64,000 nucleotides of DNA, from NCBI GenBank assembly GCA_013239625.1, contig MU053881.1:5603957-5667956 (forward strand), given 5' to 3'. The position numbers and the translations under genes are program-made. This stretch comes from Lama guanicoe (Eukaryota). The notes under the pieces were generated by a model. That model saw only the letters and a list, made by a program, of their open reading frames with translations. It was not told the origin of the DNA and did not search any database. Positions within the stretch are counted from its first letter, which is position 1; every line of letters starts with the position of its first letter. This document shows, piece after piece, positions 1-55,117 of this stretch.

Positions 1-31
1 CCTTTGTATATTTATAAAATAAAAGAAAAAA

Positions 32-460
32 ATTTTTTCCATCTGATGAGAACTCAGGATTTACTCTCCTAACAATTTTCGTATGTAATATACAGCAGTG
101 TTTATTACACTTCCTATGTTGTACGCAACACCCCCAGTATTTATTTATCTTATAACTTCTGGTTGGCACCTTTGGACTGCCTTCATCCAACTCCCCCTCC
201 CCCAACCCCCCGCAAATCTGCTATTTCTGTGAATTTGTCTGCTTTGAAGTATAATTGACAGCACTGCATTGATTCCTGGTGCCCAAGGTGGTGAGTCGGT
301 ATTTCTATAAATTACAAAATGATCACCATGATACATCTAGTTACACATCTGTTGCCACCCAGAAATGTTACATTATAATTGTCTTTGTGCCTCACTCTGT
401 GCATTTTGTCCCAGTGACTCATTTATTTTGTATCTGGGAGTTTATACTTCTTCATCTCCC
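32..460 (-). mobile_element. L1 3' end fragment (L1MA9/artiodactyl-type)
   Basis: Antisense L1 3'UTR motifs (gatgagaactcaggatttactctc; aaaatgatcaccatgata), homologous to the + strand L1 end at ~56.6-56.9 kb. Confidence 0.75.
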
Positions 461-659
461 TCTCCTATTACTACTAAATGTATTATAAAAACTTAATAAT
501 TGATTAATAATAATCAATATTAAAGCATTAAATAAAATACTTCAAAACTTACATGACTACAAAACATTCCATCATATGTGTATCACCCTTTTCTTAATCT
601 GTTCAGTTACTCACCCTTTACCTTCTTTCTTACCTCTCCTAATTTCCTGGTTCATCTTG

Positions 660-660
<1 letters not shown>

Positions 661-690
<30 letters not shown>
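661..690. repeat. (TG)15 microsatellite
   Basis: Perfect dinucleotide run. Confidence 0.98.
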
Positions 691-693
<3 letters not shown>

Positions 694-1178
694 TTGATAC
701 ACCATCTTAAATCCTTTTTGGAAAAGACGGAATATATTATATATTGCATATAAGAAATTTAAAAAATCATTCCCTGAAAGCTGAGCGGTTCTAGTTGTTT
801 TTCATTTGTCTGTTTTGCTGGCACTTTGGTGAACATCATTACACACACTTTTGTATTTAAGATTATAGCGTTAACGTAGATTCCTAGATTGGGAATTACT
901 GGATCAGAAGAGTATGGATATTTTAAAGTTTCTTGCTCTTTATTGCTGAACTGCTCCCCTAAACAGCTCTTCAATTTATATTCTCATTAGCAAGTCGGAA
1001 GGTGCAGGTCTTAATACATTCCTACAGCAGTAGGTATATTTTTTAATGATCACTAATTTGCTAGTTAGCAAATGGCATCTGGTAGTTGACTTAGAACGTG
1101 CGTCTCTGAGTCCACACTCGAGGGCTGTGGGTGGAGGGAAGTCCATCGAATACCCTATCGGAGATTCTTGTCTTGCAG

Positions 1179-42767
<41,589 letters not shown>

Positions 42768-45145
42768 CAGCCGCCCAGGACTGTGGCTGACAGGCCGGCA
42801 GGCCTCTGGGGCCGTCCCGTTCTCTGTGAACAAGTAACTCAGGACCCCCTTCCCTCTTGCTTCCACGTCAGCTCAAATCCAGCCCCCGGCCTTGTGCCGC
42901 CCCAGCTGTGCCCGACAGATACGCCCCAGTGTTCCTGACTTCTCGCTCACTCGTCGCAGGCGAGGTTTTAACGTGTGTTGCCTGATCCTAATGTATATTC
43001 TCTTTACGCCCTGGGTCCCTGCCAGCTGTCGGTGATTTGGGCTGCCTGGTGGGGCCATGGGCCAGGAGGAATAGGTGCTCTGTGGCCTCAAGGCCCCTCC
43101 TGTTTGCCAAAACACCAGTTTTGCTGTCTGTGGACACAGAGCGCTACACCTGAAGTCACCACGGGCTCATCCATGGTGTAACTCTTGGTGGCTTTCAGCC
43201 ACTTCCTGCACTGTCAGACAAGAGTTACAGCTCCTCCCAGCTGCTCTGACTCCCAGTGGGGCCTGGTCTGCAGCCAGCTGGTCAGAGGGCCCCTCATTCC
43301 TCTAGTCCCCCAGTTTGCTTTTCTCTTGAGACATGCCTGCAACGGTGGGAATGGGGAGAGCCCGAACTGTTCCTTCTGCTGATCTCAGGTGTTTCATGTC
43401 ATCTTTATCGCTCCTTCCTGTGCACACACGCCTCCTACACACAGACACAGGCAGGCAGGCAGGCAGGCAGACAGACACACACACACACACCTTGGCCCGC
43501 TGGCACTACCCAGGCTTGCCTCTGCCCTGGGCCTCTTATGCCAGGTAGACTGAAACATGTTCGCTGCCTGAGACCGTGCATCTGAGCACATTAGGTGGAG
43601 CTGTTGGTCTGGGGTGTGCTGCTAGCCTGTGACTCCTTTTGGCTCCCGTGTGGGATCCTATGTTCAGGGATAAATTTCTCACCCCCGGAAGACTTTCCCA
43701 ACCTAGTCATTCTGTCTTCCACTTGCCCATCCTGTCTGCAGGTGATACGGGAAGGCCGCTTCCCTCTGCCCTGTGTCCCTCCGAGTTCCCAAGTCCAGCT
43801 TTATGCTTCAGACAGAGGCTGGCAGTCCCTGGGACTCCTATTCAGGAAGAAAAGGCAACAGGGAGAAATGTAGCGCTTCCAGCCCCCAGGCACCTGGCAG
43901 AAGCAAGGCTTCTTTATCTCAGATGGAACTGTGGGCCTGTGGGTGGCTCAGCTGGCCTCCCACAAATTCCAGTCCTCACAGGTTGCACAGTGTAGATTAT
44001 CCAGTTAAGCAAATGCTCCAACCGGTATTCGGTTTATTTATAAAGAAAACTTTTTTCATCTTTATCTCTAACTTGATACAAATATAAATGAATGGCTTTT
44101 TTAGGAATACCTGCTGTAAAAAAAACCCAGAAAACCGAAGGTGATTTTGAAGAATCAAATGGCTGTATTGAGCCTGGGTAGCATTTTGCTGGTGATAAGG
44201 TGACTGACACACCCCAGGTGGACTTTTCTTTCTTCACTCCTATAGGTTAAGGCTTGGTGCTTTGTCTTTCTAAAGCAATTCCCTGGAGTTTTCTGGGCAC
44301 TGGCTATAACTGGATCTTTCGGAGGCAGGGTAGCATTCAACAGAAAAAGGGACTTGGGGTCCCCGAGTCATCTATATACAGTAAAGATGCTCTGGGGGCT
44401 GTGGGACGGCGCTGGTCCTCAGGTTAATGAGCACTCAGCTTACCTGCTTCAGTATTTGAACCAGATGGGGCAATCTGAAAGGTCTCACAAAAATGAGACA
44501 AGTCAAATAAGTGTCCCCTTTGATTCTCTGGTGCATGGGTGCCAGGAAAACATGAACTAACACAGACCCAGTCCCACCAGGCGAGGCCAGCACTGGCGGA
44601 GGGTCAGGCACTGACCAGTGGCAGAGCTGGTCTGGGCTTTTATTTACAACACTGCCTTTTGCAGCCTGGGGTGTGAGAATGACAGTTAGGTGGAATGCCA
44701 GTTTCATGGTTCAGGCCAAAGTCTTTGATCATTTCCTTCTTTGGCTTATTATTCACAATGGAATCTCATTCAAGGACTTTCTGCTTCCTGCTCAGCGCTG
44801 CCCGAGCCCCCACAGCTCCCCTGTCCTTTCTGGATGGGGTCTGGTTGGGTGTCCCAGCTTCCCGGTGGGGCCCGTGTGCAGTGACTGTCACTGAGAAGGC
44901 CCATGCAGTATTCCTCGTGCTCTGTGCTAATGTTTTCTCTGGAAGGGACAGACAGAAGCGTTTCTCATTTTCACTCAGTTTTTAGCAGAGTAAATATAAC
45001 TAACTTATATTTTTCCCTTTATGAAGAATAGAAGTTATTTTTATGTAGTTTTTGATCTTTATACAAAACTTTTGTAAAATGTTCTCTGCACAGTTAACTG
45101 CAAGAGTGTAAATATGCTTCTAATAAAATAACAGCATGAGAAACT
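42768..45145 (+). other. STK10: STK10 3'UTR (~2.4 kb; 3' end approximate)
   Basis: Largely repeat-free sequence from the stop codon to AATAAA at 45122, with an AU-rich terminal block. Confidence 0.8.
45122..45127 (+). terminator. Polyadenylation signal AATAAA
   Basis: Canonical hexamer, upstream TGTA motifs (45044, 45073, 45107), downstream T/GT-rich element (ctctttgcgtttagggctgttctctt). Confidence 0.85.
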
Positions 45146-45674
45146 CTTTGCGTTTAGGGCTGTTCTCTTGGGTTGAGGTGGGCAAAGCAGGGCAGACTAG
45201 CCCACAGTTGCTGGGCAGGGAAGGGTTTACTGTCTTCTGAGTACACTGGTGCCTTCCAGGTTGGACAGCAAGTCAGACTTTGGGGTTTCTGTTCTAAAAG
45301 AAGTTACGCTTGGTTTTGTGTGTGTGTTTTCTCTACAGACATTTAATATTCTCATTTAACAGCAAACATTTGACCCCCAAGAGTTCTCACACGTTAACTT
45401 ACTGAATCCTTCCAACAACCCGGGAGGAAGACCTTGCCATTCCTGTTTTACAGATGAGGAAACAGACACTGGGTAAGGAGAGGGTCAGGCTGAAGCTCAC
45501 AACACTGGTAAGTGACGCCTATGGGATTCAAATTTCGAACTTCCCTGCCTCCTCCACATCTCCTGTCCTGCCAGTTATGCCCATTACACTCAACAGAACC
45601 ACACACACTTAAACCACTAGCCATCGATGCCCTATTTAAAAGTGTGTGTCTGCCGTGCCTCTAAAAGCCCATTC

Positions 45675-46190
45675 ATGGGTTCTTAACCTAGGGCCCATGG
45701 ACCACCCCCGCCCCCTACACACACACAAAGGATCCATGAGTAGAATTCAGGGTATCTCTCTACCAGGATGGGTAAGATTTGGTCTTTAGTGTCACAAACC
45801 TCTAACTGGAATTCAGCAATCCCTCTCTTTATGGGTGTAGGCAACAATCTCTGTTATTACCAGTACTTGAGACTGTGCCAACAGTAGAAATCAGAGATTT
45901 CACCTCACATTAGAGCTGCTGCAGGCATCTCCAATTACCATTTTCGTTTGTCATTTTGAAATTACAGTAGTTGTTGGGCTTATCGCTAGATACTGTTACT
46001 TAATGTCAATACATATATATATGTCACACATAAATAATAGTGTTTCTAATATTTTGACACCTCTGTTTCACTTTGATTGGTTTCACTTGTAATCTCTGTA
46101 CTTTATGCTCTGCATTTGAAGGTATTCTTCGGAGGAGTTCATATTCTTTGTGGAATGCCTTAAGATTAAGAATGCCTCCTCTGTCTGTAG
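45675..46190. mobile_element. Charlie-type hAT DNA transposon fragment
   Basis: gggttcttaacctagggcccatggacc terminus followed by Charlie4-like internal sequence (from recall). Confidence 0.5.
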
Positions 46191-46246
46191 CCCTAAGTTG
46201 TCACTGTCCTAGAAACTTTCCAGTTATTGGCCTAGAAACCTTCCCA

Positions 46247-46260
46247 CCAGCAGGTGGCAG
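46247..46260 (+). promoter_or_regulatory. Candidate CTCF site CCAGCAGGTGGCAG
   Basis: 14/14 match to the core consensus CCASYAGRKGGCRS; binding not shown. Confidence 0.55.
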
Positions 46261-47949
46261 TCCACTGTCACAGTGTCCCACAGGTCTGTGAACTCAGTGT
46301 GTCTGGGGGATGCAGGTGGATAAGCAACTGGCCTGCCTCCCACTAAGGGCCAGAAAAATGACTGAGGTTCCTGGGGGAAAAGGTGGAAAAGACAATGCAT
46401 TAGGGGATGCTGAAACTTGGGAAAGGAGCTCATTTCCACATTAATTGACACCTCTTAAGCACCAAGTACTAGAGATGCTGAAATAAGACACAGACACTGG
46501 CTTCAAATGTAGCCTGGGAGAATCAGGGAAGACTTCCCAGTGGAGGTGATGCTAAATCTAGGAGGACAAACTAGTATGTGCCAAAACAGCCTCATTAAGA
46601 GACTGGGGTACAGTTGAGGGTGAGTGGTTTACAGGCCATGAGACAGAGAAGGATGGGACCAGACCTGCATGCCAGGCTCACACTGACCTATACTGCCTTG
46701 AAAACAGTAAGAAGGCAGGGAGAGAGTTCACTCAGAGGAGGAACAGTTGAAATGACCATAGCAATTCAAGAGATCAGCTGAGGACAGAGATGATGTTGAA
46801 TGGGAATACTGGCCCATGAAAGTTGGAAGGCTTTAGAAAGGGAAGGGCAGACGGCAGACTTCATGAAGGCAGGGAGTAAGACCTTAGCTGACTCCTAAAC
46901 ACCTAGAACCCAGCAAGCTGCAACACCAAGATACTCAGTCTGGGCGCCTCGTGCCATAAAGGGTCTATTAAGAGAGCAGTGGGGATCTGGGAGCTGTAGG
47001 CTGGATGTATATTAACCTACGGTGCTACCAGAGGTGTTTACTAAGTCTGATGAATGTCTTAAGTTAAAAATGAAACAGAGAACTTTCACTGCCAGTGATG
47101 GCAGACTAGGTCATCCTAATCAGTCCTAAGACTCAGAACAATTAGAAGAGCTGGACAGAAGTACCACACACATCTCCTTGAAGGCACACGAGAACTACAA
47201 GATAGTGAGGAACTGCCAGGCTACGATTCAAGCAAGGATGGAGAGAACCAGAGAGATGACGCTGGTGTTCTATCCTGGGAGCATCTGCTGATCCCAGAGT
47301 GGGTAGCAGAAATGTGGAGCTGAGCTTCTGACAGCTCCCGAGGGCCATGAGCACAAGGATTAGACGCCAGGGTCTGGTAAGGGCTGGGTGTTGGGGACCA
47401 AGTGAAATCCTTCCCTTTGCAGGGCCTTCAAAGGCTACACCCATGAATAACAGTGAACCTGATGTTGACAGGCCTCAGAGGGACTGCAGTTCTCCTTCAG
47501 ATAATCAAAATCCCTAAAACTGTCCTCGGGTGATACAGGATTGCTATTGCTCACAAGCTCCCAGCAAAGGGTGCATCCTCTCTGGAGTGGAAAGCCACCT
47601 TAGGCGTCAATGATTTCTGCAATGATTTATTTTGCAAATGGTTTATTTTACAAATTAAACATCTAGCACACAGTTAAAAAATAACTAGGCACACAGGAAA
47701 ATATTAAAGGCAAAACTGGCATAAAAAATGAACATCTGAAGTAGACCAAGAGGCATCAGATACTGAAGTAACCTGAGTATAAAACCACTATGCTATGCTT
47801 GAGGAGACAGACAATATGATTTGAAATTTTCAGCAGCTAAAAACAAAAGTTTAAAAAGGAACCAAGTGTTCTAAAATTACGTAGCAGTACTGGTTGCGTA
47901 ACTGAATACACTAAAAACAAACCAACCAACCCACTTTGCTGTGGGTTTA

Positions 47950-48409
47950 CAGGCACACCCCATTTTACTGTGCTTCGCTTTATTGCGCTTTGCAAATACT
48001 ATGTTTTTTTTTACAAATTGAAGGTTTGTGGCAACCCTGTGTTGAGCAAGTCTGGCAGCGCCATTTTCCCAACAGCATTTGCTCACGTCATGTCTGTGTG
48101 TCACGTTTTGGTAATTCTCACAATATTTCAAAATTTTCCATTACTATTGTATTGTGTTGTGATCAAATCATCTTGGATGTTACTCTTGTAACTGCTTTTG
48201 CATTTTTTGCAAGAAAGTATTTTTAATTAAGGTTTAATTAAGCATTTTTAGACATAATGGTATTGCACGTTTAGCAAACAATGGTATAGTGTAAACATTA
48301 ACGTTTGTATGTGCTGGGAAGCCACAAAACTCACGACTTGCTTTATTGTGATAGTTTCTTCATTGTGGTGGTCTGGAAGTGAACCCACAATATCTCCGAG
48401 ATACGCCTG
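47950..48409 (+). mobile_element. Tigger1 internal-deletion derivative
   Basis: TA|CAGGCACACC...ATACGCCTG|TA with intact TA target duplication. Confidence 0.9.
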
Positions 48410-49871
48410 TATACTTCAAAGGGGTGAATTTTATGGTCTGTGAATTGTATCTCAAGAAAGCTTGTATTTAAAAAAAAAAAAAAGAAACGAGTAAAAACTA
48501 GACATGAAACAAAAATGACTGAAGTGAAACACTCAGGGTGTACACACAACAGTGTGTGTTGTCAGAAACGAAAATTGGTTTGGAGCTCTTTCCTTCCTAC
48601 CTCTACCTGTCCATGTTTTCTCACTTTGGATGCGGCTTTGAAAAAATTTCTGCAAAACCTTTCTGTTGCCGAGAGAGGGGACATGCTGAAAAACTGATGA
48701 AACATTAGAACCAGCAAGATGGGCTGACTCTTCCTTCAGGACATCACAACACCAGGAGGGACAAAGCTGAATCAACTAGAATCTGTTAGTAATTTGAACT
48801 AGGGCACAGTTACAGAGCCACCAGTTACCAATGGAAGTTGAGAGGCTGAAGTACCCCAACACAGTGAGGGGTCAGAGAGGCGCGAGGGCAAGGGCAAGCT
48901 GAAGTTAGAAGGGAGATGAAACTCAAGGGTGATTCCTGAACTTCTGGCTTTGGTGACTGGGCGGGTTGAGGTATCCATTTACTGAGTTGGAAAAGGTTGG
49001 CATAGGACAACATTTTGTGTGTTGGAGGGAATTAGAAGTTCAATTTTAAAGTGAGAGCTCCAAAAAAACCCCAAAGTCTACTTTTGCATATTTTAATTTT
49101 GAGATGCCTATGAGACAACCAAAAAGACATGTTAACCTGTCTACACACATATGGAGCTCAGAGGAACTATCCCGGCCCGGGACACAACTTTAAAAACAGG
49201 GTATGAAGTGGATAATTGAAAAAAAAATGAAGTAGGAGAGACAGGCATGACCAGAGAGATACATGTAAACTATGAAAAGAAATAGAGATTTTATCCTGAA
49301 GGGCACGTGTGACATCAGCTTTTTGTTGTAGACAGGTGACCAGCTGCAGCATAAAGAGCATATTGGAGCAGCAGAAGGGTGATAATTAGGGCCTTTACAG
49401 TAACCTAGGTAAGAGATGGGAATTCTCATATACAATTTTATATCCTGACTCTTCCCCTTACATATATCATGAGCATTTTAACAACATCACTAAAAATTCT
49501 CTGGAAACAGTTTTAAATGACTAAATAAACTACCCACCTGTGAGTGCACATAATCTACTTAACCACTGTCATACAGTTAGGCATTTTGGCTATTTTCAGA
49601 GTTTTGTTAAGAACCTTATTCTTTCACACAACTATTCTTTGTGTTAGGTGAAACCATTTCCCCCCGCCTTGGTGATAAAATCTCTAGCACAAATATCATA
49701 GCTTTTGTAAAAATTATTTGGTCAAATCTAGTTACCAAGTTTTACTTTCACATTTGATTTAAACTTGTTCCCACCCAGCTCAAGCTCGAACTAGATTTAC
49801 AGGCTTGTGGGGAGAAAGACAGGCATGGTTGGGATGATACTCACCAGCTGCACCGTTTGATTCTGTATATT

Positions 49872-50843
49872 TCAAGTATTTGCAAATGATGCGACCAATA
49901 AGGGGTTAATAGCCAACATATACAACTCAACATTAAAAAAAAAAGACAAAAAAAAAATGAGCAGAACTGAATAGACATTTTTCCAAAGAGGAAATGAAAA
50001 CGGCCAACAGGCACATGAAAAGATGCTCAACATCACTAATCAGGGAAACGTAAATCAAAACCACAATGAGACAATGAGATACCATCTCACACCTGCCAGA
50101 ATGGCTACCATCAAAAAGAATACAAACACCAAATGCGGGTGAGGATGTGGAAAAAAGGGAACCCCTGTACCCTGTTGATGGGAATGTAAACTGGTGCAGC
50201 CACTGTGGAAAACAGTATGGGGCTTTATCAAAAAACTAAAAATAGAACTACCATATGACCCAGCAATTCCACTCTTGGGCATATATCCGGAAAAAAACAA
50301 AAACACTAATTCAAAAATACACACGCCCTCCCCAATGTTCAGTGAAGCAACATTAAGTGTCCATCAACAGATGAATGATAAAGAAGATGCAGGGTCAACA
50401 CACACACAATGGACTCAGCCGCAGAAAGGAATGCAGTGTTGCCATGTGCAGCAGCATGGATGGACTGGGAGGGCACTATGCTATATGAAATAAGTCAGAC
50501 ACAGAAACAAGCACTTCATGCTGTCACTTACTGTGTGGAATCTAATAACACAACAAACTAGTGAATATAACAAAAACAAAGCAGACTCGCAGATACAGAG
50601 AACAAACTAGTGGTTACCAGCAGGGAGAGGCACAAGGGGAAGGGCAATATAGGGGGAGGGGAGTAAGAGGTACAAACCCTCAGGAATAAGCTATAAGGAT
50701 ATACTGTACAACATGGGGAATAGAGTAAATATTTTACAATAACTATAAATGGACTATAACTTTTAAAAATTGTGAACCACTATATTATACATCCGTAACA
50801 TATAATATTATACATCAACTACACATTAATTGAAAAAAAAAAA
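49872..50843 (+). mobile_element. L1 3' ~1 kb (cetartiodactyl/camelid-type), 5'-truncated
   Basis: [33 protein letters not shown], 3'UTR and poly-A ending ~50843. Confidence 0.88.
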
Positions 50844-51171
50844 AACCACCCACCACCAAGGAAGCTCTGTGTTTAAGACGGTGCAGAACAAGACATGGAT
50901 CCTCTAACAACTTTAGCCTCCAGTGACCGTGGGGAGCACAGCCCTCTGTCAGTCCACCTGGGCATGCAGCATAAGCAGAAGTAACTTTATTGTGAGAAGC
51001 AACTGAGATTTTAGGGTTGTCCGTTACTACAGGAGAACCTAGCCTATCCCAATTAGTCCCTATCTTCCTCATTTCTGACACTTTGCTCTAGTGCCCACTC
51101 CCTAGGTTGCGCCTGGCTCCTCCAGGGTTGGAGGGCTGAAATGGGAGTTAGGCGAGCAAAGGTAAGGCACT

Positions 51172-51660
51172 TCTAGTGGATACTCTTGGTGCTCCACCCA
51201 GATCCCCTTTGAAGCGTTCTCTCTGCCCCCCCCCTAGCTTCTGTGTCTTTTGCTTCTAACAGTCCACACCTGAGACTCTTCAAAGGCGTACACAAGGGCT
51301 CCTGGAGCCACGGTGCCCACAGGCAGAGTCAGAAGTGCCCAGGGAATTTACGTCCGCCCACCTTAAGATAGATTTTAGCCAGTAACTGGCTAGCGTGGGA
51401 GTATAAAAGCCCAGCTTCCTGGCAACAAGTCAGGACAAACTCTGAGGCACCATTTATGTTCCAAAGCCTCCCTGTGGGATCAGGCTGAAGCTACCCTCCA
51501 TGGGCCTTTGTCGGAGATCACACCCTTGTTTTGTTTTCCCCCTCCCCATCCTGCTTCTCCTATTTACTTTCCTGTTTTTCTTGGGAGTATTTCCTAAATA
51601 GATAACTCGCACACCAATTCCCATTTCACAGTCTGCTCCTGAAGAACCCTACCTAAGACC
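51172..51660 (+). mobile_element. LTR16-type 5' LTR of an ERVL provirus
   Basis: tagtggatactcttggtgctccacccagatcccc...tataaaagcccagc...gaaccctacctaagac; direct homologue at 60297-60708. Confidence 0.75.
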
Positions 51661-53320
51661 TTTGGTAGTGGTCACAAGAAATAGATTCCAAGGATAAGGT
51701 CTTGGAATCTGATCACATGCTGGCCAAATGGCAACAAAGACGCCATCACTGATGGTTCAGTGCAGTGTGATTAGCACCTGGTATGCCACGACACTGCCAT
51801 TACTGAAATATGTACCAATGGTAAACGGGAATCAGATATAGCTGAAAGGCATTGTGTGGGCTTGTGCAATACAGAGGAAACAGTAATTTAAAGGGCTACA
51901 GAGTTAGTTCATTGCTGCTGGATGCTCCTGGTGCACGAAAGAGAGAAAATGACAGCTCAGGGCAGACAGTTACCAATTGAAGGCAAGATGTGAAAGTCAG
52001 AAGGTCTCTCTAGCAGCTTTTAAAAAAGACTGTCATCTGCTGTAGCTGGAAGGTAGATCATGCTAAAGATCAGACATAAGACTATACGGCAAGAACAGTG
52101 GAACTTAAGTGCTGGCCAACTTTACAGCCTCAGTAAGTCTCCTAGGCCAAAGTCAGGTCCCTGATAGGGAAGGAGTGGGACACTGAGACTTGGAATAGGG
52201 ATATCTGGGAAGATGCACTTTAGCAACATTTAACACTTAAGATCCATTTGAACATCTGGAACAAAAGTGACTCAATCCCTCTTGCTAGAAGGTAATAGCA
52301 GTCCCACTCCTTGCAGAAACTATGCAGAAGCCTCACCTGAGGCAGATGTCCTGCAAAACAAGACCTGCCTCCCTCAAGATCTTCCCCCATATCCCCTCCC
52401 AGACGCTAACTAGGCCAATAACTAGGGTTAAGTCTCAGCATGACCCACCTGGGGAAGTGTGGGCCTGCTAAGGATGGAAAATAATTATTCAGCCAAAGAG
52501 CTATAGGACCAGGCTAACATTCAGTGCCAAAAGCCAGGAGTGCTTGCCTGCAAACGTACCCTGAGCATGATGAATCAGGGTCAGGGGTGGTACAATATTA
52601 TTAGCCTGGTTAAGAGTGTTTGTTGATATGCAGATGCTCTTCCAAAATTCAGTATTTCATATCCTAACAAGAGGCCTTGGAACTGATCCTAATAGTAAGA
52701 TAGTGTGTAGATACTTGGAAAAGCTCATGCCTACATTAAATGTGGTGCTATGACGGAACTACCCTGACAGTACGGAGGAGGGGATTCAAAACTAACGCAC
52801 ATCAAAGACTCACGATTAGAGCAGGGATTCTGGCGGTCAGGCAATATATGTAGACCTGGCTCTGGATTTTCTTACAGTTGGTCCAAAGTCTTCACAGATA
52901 TACCTGGTAACTGCTTCCCTGGTACCTAAATGTATAATTAGGTTGCACATACTTAGCATCTCTAAGAACCTTCACATTAGTTCCCTGACCTATGAACTAA
53001 CAGTAGAAAAGGACCCTAACAGTAGAAAAGGCCAAATGAAAGCCCCTGAACTACTACCTCCCTCCCCTCTGCCTCAAATCTGGCTGAGATAGTAAATCGC
53101 AAACACTGCCCCTTGGGTGGAATGGTGGGCTAACCCAAAAAACTTAAAGGGTGGCAGTCTTCATTTTATCCCATTTTAATTTACCAGTCTGGTCCCTGCA
53201 AGAACCAGATTATGGCAGATGTCAGTAGACTACTGCAAACTTAGCTAAGTGGCAGCCACACTGCATCTGCTATGCTGGGTGTGGTATCTGTGCTAGAAGG
53301 AAGCAACGCACCCCTGAAAC
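51661..53320 (+). mobile_element. ERVL internal region (ERV3-16A3-like gag/pol remnant)
   Basis: Follows the LTR directly; decayed RT segment at ~53165-53300 (cccattttaatttaccagtctggtccctgcaagaaccagat...gtagactactgcaaact, i.e. PFNxPVWP...VDYxKL). Confidence 0.7.
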
Positions 53321-53344
53321 TGTCATGGCACCTGTGGGTATGTT

Positions 53345-53525
53345 ATTTACCATGCTAATATATTACAAGGAGCGTATAATGAAGCTCAAGGTCTGCTAGA
53401 AGTCAAATCTCCTGCCATCTTGAGCCTCAAGGCCTACTGGGAGTTGAATCTTCCACCATTTTGGTGTTAATTGCTGTCATTCCTTGAATGGCTGTGCCCT
53501 GCTCCCTTCCCTCTTGTCTGAGGAG
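53345..53525 (-). mobile_element. Probable ERV1-class LTR fragment
   Basis: gaagtcaaatctcctgccatcttgagcct resembles artiodactyl ERV1 LTRs (from recall only). Confidence 0.4.
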
Positions 53526-53991
53526 CAGAAAATTTACTTGAATAAACAAATAGCAAGGAACTTTCCTAACCTGGGGAAACAGACATCTAATTCCAGGAAG
53601 CCCAAAATGCTCCAAAGAGGATGACCCCAAAGAGATCCACAGCGGGACACATTATAATTAGTCTCAAAAGTTACAGACAAGGAAAGAATCTTAAAAGCAG
53701 CAAGAGAAAAACAACTTGTTACGTACAAGAAAACCCCCAAAAGACTATGAGCAGAGTTTTCATCAGAAACTTTGCAGGCCAGAAGGGAGTGACAAGATAT
53801 ATTCAAAGGGCTGAAAAAGAAAAAGAAAAAGAAAAAAAACAACAACAACAACAACAACAAAAAACTGCCAACCAAGAATACTCTACCCAGAAAAGGTTTT
53901 CATTTAAAATTGGAGATAAAGAGTATTCCAGACAAGCAAAAGCTAAAGGAGTTCATCACTATTAGACCAGCTTTATAAGAAGTATTAAATA

Positions 53992-54152
53992 GGGGGGAGG
54001 GTATAGCTGAAGCGGTAGAGTGCGTGCTTAGCATGCACAAGGTCCTGAGTTCAATCCCCAGTACCCCCTCTAAAAATAAATAAATAAACAAACCTAATTA
54101 CCTCCCTGCCCCCCAAAATTAAATTAAAAAAATTAAAATAAAAAATTGAAAA
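53992..54152 (+). mobile_element. Camelid-type tRNA-Ala-derived SINE (Vic-1-like) inside L1
   Basis: ggggagggtatagctgaagcggtagagtgcgtgcttagcatgcacaaggtcctgagttcaatccccagtacc; TSD aagaagtattaaa / aagaaatattaaa. Confidence 0.9.
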
Positions 54153-54568
54153 AAGAAATATTAAAGAGACTTCTTTAAGCTGAAATGAAAGTGCATAATT
54201 AGTAACAGGAAAACATGAAGGTATAAATCTCACTGGCAAAGGTAAATAAATACTAAAGTTCAGAATAATCTTGTAAAGGGGTGGGTTAATCACTTAGTAT
54301 AAATGCTAAAAGACAAAAGTAGTAAAAATTACTATAACTACAATAATTTGTTAAGGGATACATAAGACAAAAAGGTATAAATTGTAACAACAAAAACATA
54401 AAACATGGTGGGTCGAGTAAAGATGAAGAGCTTTAGAATGCATTCAAACTTATGTTGGTATCAACCTGAAATAGACTGTCATAAATATAATTAGTTGTTT
54501 TATGTAAGACTCATAACCATAAAGCAAAAACCTACAGTGGATACACAAAAGGTGAAGGAATTTAAGCA

Positions 54569-54870
54569 TACTGAATCAGACAAGGACCCTGAGGGAAACT
54601 CCTTGGTACAAATCCTTTCGTGTCCCCCATTTCTTGTTGTAGGAAACAAGCTTCATTCAGCCTCCTTGACCTTTCCTGAGTTCCAAAGGGCAGATTCAAA
54701 CAGTTGCTAATTAGGAAAAGGAGGAAAGGCAGAGACAAAGGAGGAGCAGTCAGGAAACAATAGTGCAGCCTTGGGGCAGGGTCCTGGTTCCTCCTCAAGG
54801 AATACACATAATAATGTCTTCGAGTTCTTCTGCAGGAACTAAGGCCCTCACCCAGGATACAACATAGGTT
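54569..54870 (+). mobile_element. Cetartiodactyl ERV1-type LTR, 5' ~300 bp only
   Basis: ttcagcctccttgacctttcctgagttccaaagggcagattcaaacagttgctaat...gtgcagccttggggcagggtcctggttcc. Confidence 0.65.
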
Positions 54871-55082
54871 TCCCAAAGGAAAGAACCTTGTCTAGTTTAT
54901 CTGGCTATTTCACACTTTGCTATTGTACCTGGAATACCACATGCATTCAGCAATTCAATGAGACCAAGATTTTGAAGGACCTGATGTTAGAAATTGACTT
55001 TGAAAGACGTATAGAACTTAATGAGCTGAGGAAGACTGAGATAATAAAGGAAACTATCCAGTTGGAAGAAAGCAGTTTGAGG

Positions 55083-55117
<35 letters not shown>

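Noticed and set aside
42768..45120. Single miRNA seed matches in the 3'UTR (e.g. CAGTGTT ~42927, CACTGCC ~44650)
   Set aside because: 7-mers occur by chance in 2.4 kb, and I have no conservation data.
53992..54070. tRNA-Ala-like sequences with A/B boxes (also at 12410-12481, 14605-14680, 21820-21891)
   Set aside because: They have A-rich tails, TSDs and degenerate stems, so they are SINE heads rather than tRNA genes.
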